The position numbers and the translations under genes were made by a program. A DNA stretch of 64,000 nucleotides from Trichinella spiralis (Eukaryota). Numbering within the stretch: the stretch's first letter is position 1; every line of letters starts with the position of its first letter. Location: assembly GCF_000181795.1 (NCBI RefSeq), contig NW_003526944.1:5176913-5240912 (forward strand). Direction: 5' to 3'. Shown piece after piece: positions 53,880-64,000 of the stretch. The notes under the pieces were generated by a model that was given only the letters and a program-made list of their open reading frames with translations, did not search any database and had not been told where the DNA came from.

Positions 53880-55318
53880 GTGAGATAGAAATTCTTATAA
53901 AGATAAATTTTCACCTCACTTCAACATGAAAAAAAAACAGAAATACAGTTTTACTTTGAAAAATATCTTACTTACATCTAACATATTACAAACTTCACTA
54001 ACTTAATTAAACAAAGGAATAACCTCTGTTTATAGAATCATCCCAAGCCAAACGTTACAGAATCAGCATAGAAAAAAATCGCATTTACCCTTTGTGTTCA
54101 CATGTTTTACTTCGTGTTGTCTGCGTTTTCACTTTTTCTTTATCCATTTTTATTCCTGTAAAAGTGATATTAAATGAAAAATTTTGATGCTTTAGACACA
54201 TAGTAAAAGATACAACAAATATGAAATTGAATTTTCAATTATATCCAATTAATTATTTTCAATTAAATGATAGTTATTTACAAAATAAGTATCGAATGCT
54301 TTGAAAAAAACGAAACCAAAATAGAAAAATATGATGCCTTTCAGCAATTGAAAACTGACTTCAGTAGTTACTGAACGCCACTAATAAAATCAGAGAATCT
54401 TCATATGGCTGCCACTTGCCAGAAACTAATACAAGATTACTGAGAGTAAGGAAATTTTTAAAGGACCCTGATTTGCATATTGTAGCGTTAGAAATGGGTT
54501 TTAGTGCATTTGAAATTATTCTCAAAGATGAATGCTAACCTGGCGCTGACGTTATGGAAATTATAGACATTCATGTACAAAAACTTACTGATCCAGCAGG
54601 TAGGGACGGTTACATTTAACTTATCTGAATCTGATTTCAGATGTCTTGTTAAATTTATCCAATGAAGACTTTTAGAAAATTCAGAAATGAACTTGACTGG
54701 CGGAGGTCACCAATTAAACATTCGGTTAATACATAAACTGTGTGACTGAACGCTAACACAAATAATTAACTTAGACAAAACCCGCCCCTGCACGTCTGAA
54801 TTTGAGATTTGAAAATTCAAAAATGACCCACATAAATGGAACTCATGGCGAGAAGCTTTTCACGAAAATGTAAAGACTCTGATTTTTCGCTTTGACAAAC
54901 AAAATTAGCCAAATCAAAAATGCAATTTACAAAGTGTTTCTAATTACGTAAAATAAAAACAATATAATAAGTAAAAGTGCAAATAACTTTTGGGAAAAAA
55001 AGAAGCAGTTTTTGATCGTGCTGCCTCGCTGCTAATACCTACATCTGCGCACATTGTAAGAGTGCACAAATGGCCACATCAACCACCAGTGGAATACGAA
55101 CGAGCGAACGTTTCCACTGCCAAGCAGAACGAAATAATTTTCGTATTTATAATAAGAGCAAAATATTATTATTCGTTACATTCATCTTGATTTTTAATAA
55201 ATTTGTTAGAATACAGCATTTTGAAAAAACAAACATTATGTCAAGAAGTTAATCTTATAATGAAAATTTCAATTTACGTCTAGCATGAAAGGAAGAATAT
55301 TTTATTATATCTTTTATG

Positions 55319-55355
<37 letters not shown>

Positions 55356-58300
55356 GACTTTTGCTGTTTTCTCTATGAAATTTATTTTAAACGTTGCAAA
55401 GCGTATATTGCTCGGAGCCCATTAGTGCTTTTCGTGTCTAAGGCCGACTGCTCCTCAAATTTTTGAGGTATTCAATCTTAGCACCAACCACCAGTGGAAT
55501 ACGAGCAAGCAAACGTCTCGACCGCCGATTTCCATAAAACTTTTCTTTACATTTATAATTAAGAATACATATAAATGTAAAGACTTCTGCTTATTGCTTT
55601 CACAAACAAAAGTAAACAAACAAAAAATGTAATTTACCAAATATTTCAGATGATGTAAAATTTCAGAAATAATAATGCAGTGATAAAATAAAGTTGAAGA
55701 ACTTGCTGTATAGAATATTTTGGTTGGAATCCATTACGATTCAGTGATGAAAAAAAACGGTCAATAGTATTACCTCCCTGCATTGCGGCAAGGAAATATT
55801 AAACCCTCAGGATGCACACTTTGTAAGAGTGTACAAACCACCATATCAACCATCAGTGGAATACGAACATGCGGACGTTTCCACTGCCAGTTGAAATAAA
55901 ATAATTTTAATATTTATAATTAGAGCAAACTTTTGATTTTCATAAACGATTTTTATGGAAAAATAGTATAAATAATAAAATTAAAGGGTAGAATTGTTCA
56001 TAAACAAAATTACTATACGCGTTTCTGACTAATGTATTGCTTTAAATTAAATGCAAATTGTGTGAAAAAATATTTACAAAAAAAGAAAATACTGTTTTCT
56101 CCATATCAGATGCTACTTCGACTATATTATCAGTTTTGCAACGTGAAAATGAATAAATACATTTTATTCAAATACTATTCAGTAGTTTCTTAGCTCAGCT
56201 TAACTCTCTTATTTTCGCTCATTACTCTACATGTAATGAATAATATTAATTTACGACAATTAAATTTCACTTAATTTATTCAATTTTTGAATATAAAAAA
56301 TTGTAAATGGTGCAGAAATATTAATTGATTTCAGTAATTCGCTTTTAATAATAATTTGTTTATAAGATATTTGTCTTCTTTTTAAAAATATAAATACATG
56401 AACAAACTGCTGTTGATCTTAAACATAAAATTTTACACAGAACAGATCTATTCTTAATAATGCTTAATATAATCATGTTCAATGATTATATATTAGCGGA
56501 CGTAATTGGAATAATAGCAATTTATGTAAAGTAACCGGATAATTTAGAGAGTGCATTGCATTAAAAAAGAATAATGATGCGTAAAACATTGAGATACCCT
56601 GCCAAATTTAACCAATGAAAACATTTTAAAAATTCAAAAATGACCTTGATATTTAAAATTCAGTCAAAATATAAATTACCGGGCAGAAAACGCCATAACA
56701 AAAAATTCACTTAGACAAAACACGCCCCCGCATGCCTGAATCTGAGATTTGAAAATTCGAAAATGACCCACATAAATGGAACTCATGACGAAAAGCTTTT
56801 CAGAAAAATGTAAAGACTCTGGTTTTTCGCTGTGACAAACAAAATTAGCAAAATCAAAAATGTAATTTACAAATTACTTTTAATTATGTAAAATTAAAAA
56901 AAAATAATAATTCAAAATATGATTTGAACTCTGTTGCGTTTTTATGAAGTGGTAAGTAGGTTTGCACTGTCCTGCGGGACATTTGCGCACTTTGTAAGAG
57001 TGCACAACCCCACACATCAACCATCAGTGGAATACGAACGAGCGAACGTTTCCACTGCCACTGAGAATAAAATTATTTTGATATTTACAATTAGAGCAAA
57101 ATATTATTGTTCACGATATTTACTGTTGATAATTATTAGAAACATATAAGAGAAGAAATCACATATCAAAAAATTAATTTTATAATAAAAATTTAAATTT
57201 ACTCGCAACATGAAAATGAAAATATTTCATTTTATCATTTACGTATATAAATTTGTTTGCTATTTTCTGCATGAATTCTATTTGAAAAATTGTAAAATCG
57301 GGGAGTGGCCGCATTTTTATTGAAGGGCATTGTTACTAGATGACTGGCTGAGCTCATAGCGTTGATTTCATATGCATTATGCTCGTAACTGAGGAATCGC
57401 ATGATTAGCGATACTTGTCGTTGGTACTGAAAGCGCCACATCATCTAATACAGTGGAATACAAACATGCAGACGTCTGCACCGTCAAGTCTAATAAAACA
57501 TTTTTTATATTCATAATTAGCAGTATAAATTATTGTTGTCATTTAATTTTTTATTTTTAACTCATTTGTTTAGAATTTTATAAAATTTTTATGTAAATAA
57601 TTTCCGTTAATTAATGTTGAAATTCTTTCCTTTCATATTTGAAATGATTATTATCATAAAAAGCACAGCTTTGTTTTTGATTAAACTTTTTTTATGAAAA
57701 AAACGAGTGAAAATAATAAAACTAAAGGGTAGAAATGCTTGCAAACAGAATTAATGTACGTGTTGCTGTCTAACGTATTGTTCTAAATTTAGAAATAAAT
57801 GTGGGGGAAAATCTGCACAAAAGGAAAATATTGTTGTTTCCATATTTGATCATACGTTGACTATATTCTTAGATTTGCAGCATGAAAATCAGTAAATACA
57901 TTTTATTAAAATGTTACTCTATAGCTCAGCTTAACTTTTCTATTTTCTTTAATTACACTACTAATGAATAATATTGATTTGCTACCATTGAATTTCAGAT
58001 AATTTGTTCAGTTTTTGAATATAAAAAATTGTAATCGATGTAGAAATATTAAATGATTTTGATTTTCAAAAGATTAATGAAATATAATGCCGCAGGACTA
58101 GTTGTGCGTTGAATGAATGAGAGATGCTAGAAAAGAAATGATTTTTTAGCAAAGCTGATTTGTATAGTACGCTTGTAACGTTCTTGGCTAAAACTCAACC
58201 CTTATTAGATTTCCTCTTGAATAATAAATCATAATAGCATCTCAACCAAATATGCGATATAAAAAATTCAACTTTTAGCAGAAGTCCATTTCCATGCTTA

Positions 58301-58460
58301 AACTATTTTACTTTTAATAATAATTTGTTTATCTTATATTTGCTTTCTTTTTCAAAATTTAAATACCTTTACAAACTGCAGTTGAACTTAAACAAAAAAT
58401 TTTGCGCAAAACAGATCTATTCTTACTAATGCTTAATATAATTATGCTCAGTGACTGTAA
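53880..58460 (+). repeat. Modular repeat family array
   Basis: Inverted homology to 41.2-48.7 kb (54770-54930 and 56710-56870 versus 43560-43710; 58080-58170 versus 41195-41285). Direct homology to 37.9-39.2 kb. Confidence 0.8.
55320..55354. repeat. (TA)n microsatellite
   Basis: Interrupted TA run. Confidence 0.9.
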
Positions 58461-58749
58461 ATTCATAAAGATGCATGTATTTTCCTCATGTATGTTCTAC
58501 AGTACTCTGATGTAATGAAATGCAACGTACAGAAAAATAGTCAAACTCACCTCATTTAGATAACTAAATTTGTGTGTACTGTTGTAGAAATTGAATGACG
58601 TATTCGAATTAAACTTTTGATGCTTGTCAGTTAGAGGTACATGTTATTGGAACTAAGTGTGAAAACGTTTATTGCTCTTGAGTACATAGACGTGCAATAA
58701 TTGGCAAATCAATGGCTGGTTATGAAATTCTACAAAGTAGTTTCTGTTG

Positions 58750-60666
58750 CTAATTAGGCATTTGTAAACACTGCATTTATTGCACAGGCATGTGGCTGAT
58801 GTAGACCACAGTCTGCATCTTCTTCAAATTTGTGTGATTTCTGGCCAGTGGCCAGTTTGATCCTTTGCCATTTTTGTTGAGACGTCAGTTGGTCAGTCGT
58901 CTTTCCATTCGTCGTGACGGCAGGGGTAGCCTTGAAAAATATGCACGAGATTAAACTCTGGAAGCTGTAATAGGCTTGTTCACAAGACACAGCGACTGGC
59001 TAACTTGGCAAGTGAAGCTTTGTGCCTGTGCTTGTTCCAGGCATCTTTTGCTGCGTCTATTATGAAGATTCTATGGATTAGCATAACATGGCAGTGCTAG
59101 TGATCCAAAAGAAAATGCGACGATTCCACTTTCGACTTTTGCGTTCTATGCCGTATAGAGCAGCGATCATGTTGTTCAGGTCTATACTACCCATATACAT
59201 GTTGTAATTTTTTCAATATTTGGGATTTTAGCGCCTATTACTTTTCACCGTCTTCCTCACAGCTGTTTTTGGCTTTACACCAATATATGTCGATGTCGCT
59301 AAGACGTGTCTGTTGTCATACCAAGCGTCCGTTCTAGAGTCATAAGCACCTCTGCCGCTTGACTTTAGATCTTTCTCAGAGAGCGGCGGGCAGCCACGAA
59401 GTCTGTTTGGTCTAATGGTCCCACAGGATAGGATTCCCATTTTTTAGCCGCAGTTGTAATTCAAGAAATGTGTAGTAATTGTCAAAGAACAGTTTGTAGT
59501 TTCTGCACTTTGGCAACGTTTCACACTGTTTTAATACATAATTTTCCATTTGAAAAAACAGTGGGTCTTCGACAATCAGATTTTTCGCGTCGTAAAATAT
59601 GAAATCATAAAATAAACCCGGCTTACCGGCAGGAGAAATAACCTTGAAGCCCCATTTACAGCATACTGCTCTACAATGTGTGCGCCAGATCTAGTCGAGC
59701 GAAACGCGCGTTCCCCATCTTCACATTAATATCTACCAGTAAAAATTATTATTTCTACGTTGTTAAGCTCAATTAATCCTTAAGTTTGGATAGCTGAGTT
59801 CTCAATTTATACATCAAAATGCAAATTCATTTTTTGGCCTCACCTACATGCACGAAAGAATGCATTATAAAAAAATCTACCAAGATGAGAAAAAATGAAA
59901 AATAAAATATAGTTAAGAAAGCGTCAAAAACACATTAACACAAGCATAGCTAACAATCACGCTTCCGTCAATAGCTATGGGGCACAAAACATTATGTATC
60001 AAACTTGATACGCTGGGTCTGAAAGAATTACTGCTTTTAATTAATGATCAATCTTTGAAAAGTCGAACATAATTGAGGCTCTCCAAAGTTGTCATTATGA
60101 AGATACTGAAACATCTCCTTGAATCTGTTTCTGCCGATTGTATCTGAGATGGCATCACATCAGAGCTCAACAGACTAGTACATGGAATACTGAGGCATCA
60201 GGACAAGACCCATTTTCAGCAGCACTTCAGGAAAGGTTTCCAATTCAGATTCGTTTGTTTGAAAGTTGGAGCTACATAGGGTGGCATAAATATGAGACCG
60301 CTCAACAATGAGCTTCAGAAGTCAGAAATTTAATCTCTGCTAAAGTAATCTATGGTTCTCACAAAACATGTCGAGAACAAGATTATGTTTTTGTACATGC
60401 AGATATTCATTTACTAGAAGCACATTACTAAAGGAAATATACCCTGAAATGTCGGACTGCTTTCTTTATCCACGTATACTCCGTCTTGCTGAAGGGCTCA
60501 AGTTCCTTATCTTCTGACATCAGCTCTGCTGAACTTTAAATGACAGTTACAGACTGCTTATCGACCTCACTGTTTCCGGATCAGATATATCAGCATCATG
60601 CAACACAATGGGCTTCTGGATTACTCTTCCACTTCGAGTAAAACGCACACTGAAGTCATAGTCCAT
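58750..60666 (-). mobile_element. Degenerate piggyBac (PGBD3-like) transposase
   Basis: With stops and frameshifts: LLKLIVERSHIYA..LLKMGL..GRNRFKEMFQYLH, KLFFDNYYT, CGTIRPNRLRGCP, WYDNRHV, YNMYMGSIDL, and C-terminal GHWP..RRCRL..CNKC. Confidence 0.88.
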
Positions 60667-61402
60667 GACGATGGTCGAACAAATGTAAAAAAAGTTGCCG
60701 TAATTACTCTCCTTTTATATCTTTTTCTGACCCATGGCCATTACAGATGCACAATGTGTTCTACCAAGAGAAGCGTATAGGACAACTTAAAAATTATAAA
60801 AAACTTAAAATATTAAGCTTAAATAATAAATAATACAGACTTAAAATAAAAAATAAACTTAAATGTTAAACTCTTTAAAATAATATAAAATAAATAAAAT
60901 TGTTGTATATTCGAGGAAGGTTTATTGCTGTGATGAGTTAACGTACAACGGTAAAGCGTTTTTTGCTATTTATTGACCAAAACACAACTGAACACACACG
61001 ATACGAGTAAGTTAAAAAGGACAAAGAATGCAACACGACTACTGACACGCATACACACGTGACTAAGAAGGAGGAGAGTCACACAGTAGGAATATAAAGA
61101 TGGTCAAGCATGATACTTTTATCTTCTAGCATAATAGGAAATCTTCTCAATCAACAATGTGTCCCAACAAAAATAAAATTTATTTGAACTGAAATTTGAG
61201 GCCCGCGTCCAGCTTTACGTGGCAAAGCGAACAAATAGCAACATCTCGCATTTGACTTTTAGCTGAAAAGAAATGGAACTTATCACTATATACTGATTCT
61301 CCTCGTTCTGGTCTTCGGTTACATCGCATTACATAAATTACTTTAAAGAAGTGAAAATAAATAAAAAATCAGTCTTTTTGGATACGTTCAGCTTTCTATT
61401 AA

Positions 61403-62023
61403 CCCTTCGCAGGTCAAGTGGGGGGCATCTTTACCCTAGCGCTGTTTTTTGCAAATATATCTACCGCACTGCATAGTTTTAGGCCAGATTTTTCTACAGC
61501 TAAATTTTATACAATTCTACACGATATACATTTTTTCAAGCGAAAATAATTAATAGATCAGGAATTATAGCGGATGAATCGCATGTCCAGCACAGAATCA
61601 ACACAATCACAAATCCACCATGCAATGTTCTGAGTGCTGCACGAAAACTTGGAATCACCCATTCAGAGTGAACAGCTTAGAGAGGAAGAACAGTCCTCAT
61701 CTTAAATGGGAAGAAAGCGTGGTAGATGTAGCATCTGCCCAAGAAAAAATGACCAGAAAACAGATTTCCAATGCTCCACCTGCCAAAAGTGGGTATGCAG
61801 ACAGCATGCAATTAGGGAAGCATTGTATAGATGTAAAGTTTGTAGAAATTATGCCTGAACTGATTTGATTTGAAGACAGTTAAAATCGTTTATATTCAGA
61901 AAATTAATAAAAAATCATTTGTTTTTCAAAAAAAAGCGACGCAATTGCAAAAAAAATGCATGGGGTACATTTTGCACCCCACTTGACCGTTTGAAGTAAA
62001 AATTTCGCTTGACCTGAGATAGG
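61403..62023 (+). mobile_element. Non-autonomous piggyBac deletion derivative (621 bp), TTAA TSD
   Basis: TTAA at 61399-61402 and 62024-62027. Ends CCCTTCGCAGGTCAAG / CTTGACCTGAGATAGG. Subterminal inverted repeat CCCCACTTGACC ~61977. Internal RGRCSICPRKNDQKTDFQCSTCQKWVCRQH Cys-rich domain at 61718-61858. Confidence 0.9.
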
Positions 62024-62479
62024 TTAAAAACACCACTGTTCAAATGGTGAACAAATTATTGAAGCACAAAAGCAAACATATAAATTTCCATTAAACTCCT
62101 TTCCATAGATTATTCAGCAAAACGGCCATTTTTAATTTGCATCTCAATCGCACAGCACACAAAATAAAGCTGGTGAAAAATGACTAAGAAAGTTATTATA
62201 AAAAATATGCAAGTCAACAAATCATACTCTCTTGAAAACTACGCATATTATTAACTTATAGCGATTATTTTCCATCACTTCATGCTACAACTTCATCTGA
62301 CTTTCAAAATCATCATGCAGCATAATAATCAAATTTGTTATGCTTACATGCTTTCAATTTCCATTTAATAACTTCCGATGTCAGATTTCAATTCTTTTCC
62401 GTTTGGATAACTATATTTATAGCATTGATTTACAAATCACTAAGCTTTAAAGGTGACTTGTACTAATTTACATATGCAT

Positions 62480-63910
62480 ACAGATAAATAAAAAATTGTA
62501 GACTTAATAGATGCCAGGTTGGGAATGTTCAAAGATGCTTATTAAAAATATAAAATAAATAGTGCAAGCAATCAGTGAATTCCAACAAGCATCTGAGCAA
62601 ACTCAGACAAATAATAGCATCGAATGTCTTTCCCAAGTTATAAAAGTACAGATGACTATCACAGATAATATACACTGTCATACCTTTCAATCATAGATAA
62701 TAACTGAAGAAGAAAATTGAAGTCCAAGATTATACAGTGATACAATGAACAATATCAGACCATGAAACTGAATACCAGTAAAGGAGCAAATAGTGAAATA
62801 TTTTACTTTAGATCGAATAAGATAATTTTCAATTTGTAATAGGGTAAACATTTCAAGTAATGCACGCTCCATTTACATTTTATATAATATTATGGAAAAT
62901 ATTATTAACATGCAAATTTATTTCACTTCACCAATGTATATCTTCTTCAAGCTCGTTAAAATACATTTATATGAATGAAAATATTAGTATTCATAATAAG
63001 GAAGTAGCGTTGAGTCTCGTCAGGTGAGTGGCATCTATCTACCTTTGCACGCACAACAGATTACACTACCTATTGAACATCAACCAAACATTGTATAATA
63101 AATTGTAAATTACATCCGAGAGTCAACATCTAAACATCTAGCAATTTTACAGTAATTACGAGCTAACTTAAAAGTCAGAAAAAAATAATGTAACCTATAC
63201 TTATACAACAACATTAATAAATAATTCATTCATTTAAAATAGTAAAAAGTTCAACAAATCATACTTACACATATAAAATCATTTTTTGATAGCACATTGC
63301 GCAATTAGTTATTTGACATTCTATAATTATTATAACTGCACAATATTAGATTTAAAAAAACTACTAGGAGCAGGTAGAATACAATAAGCACTGATCTGAG
63401 TGATAAGTAGAGTAAGTTAGAAAACAATCGAGCTACAAGGAGAGTCGCTGCAAACGAAAGAATAAGGAAAAATATTTCGCAGATTTGAAGCCGCTTCTTC
63501 ACATGCAATTCTTTTAGGCGCTAGAGTTTGTCTAATCGCGTATGAACAGTACAGAAATTAGATCTGCATGGATTAAAAGATATTTTAAATTGACAAAGCA
63601 ATTTTGTCATTAACAAAAATTTTCACATCAATATTACATATGTTTGTACAGTATTTACATAAATACCTGAATTACGTTAATACTGTAATATGATTAGGGT
63701 ATTACATAACATTTAAAAATTTTTAACAAACTTTAGTTAGGTAGTTTTTAAATTAAAATATTGTAAATTAATTACCCTTCTGTTCAAAATAGAGTAATGT
63801 AAAAGAGTTCAGTATTGGTGGCCAAAAGTTGTTCAGTTGCGTTAAAAACTTTATTCCTCAAAAGTGGCATATACAATAGCCTCTAATAAGAACAACAAAA
63901 TTTGAGCCAC
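62480..63910 (-). pseudogene. Possible decayed multi-exon membrane-protein gene
   Basis: Several AG/GT-bounded hydrophobic segments with in-frame stops (~63910-63777, 63563-63360, 62870-62684, 62656-62483). No family recognised. Confidence 0.3.
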
Positions 63911-64000
63911 CTTAAACAAAAATAAAGAATTACACTTAGAAAAATGATAACTGTTTATTTTACTTATAAATTCTGAAAAGTGATTTCATAAGAAACGGTC

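Noticed and set aside
38198..57483. CRISPR-like array of palindromic 33-nt repeats
   Set aside because: Eukaryotic context; spacing of hundreds to thousands of bp; mixed orientation; repeated flanks; no cas genes.

Overview
AT-rich eukaryotic DNA with short GT-AG introns and a cuticlin gene, so nematode; the intron style and repeats suggest Trichinella or a related clade I worm (inference). Bases 1-30 kb are gene-dense: SPCS3, TM9SF2, an orphan 8-exon gene with a degenerate RRM, RUVBL1, MTERF3, a cuticlin, SERBP1/vig-1 and CLYBL on +, and a PKDCC/VLK-type secretory kinase on -. This part also holds a candidate 35-aa membrane microprotein, two related solo LTRs with 5-bp TSDs and a probable Mutator-like remnant. 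Bases 30-36.7 kb are non-coding. Bases 36.7-64 kb contain no intact gene that I could find. They hold BEL/Pao and Gypsy fragments, piggyBac remnants, two N gaps and a modular repeat family in nested inverted orientation that carries a recurrent 33-nt hairpin. These repeats surround a GC-rich, structured island near 51.8-52.1 kb. No rRNA, tRNA or CRISPR was seen. All family assignments are from recalled motifs, not database searches. I cannot claim a new system. The best leads are the microprotein, the structured island, the hairpin repeat family and the nematode PKDCC.
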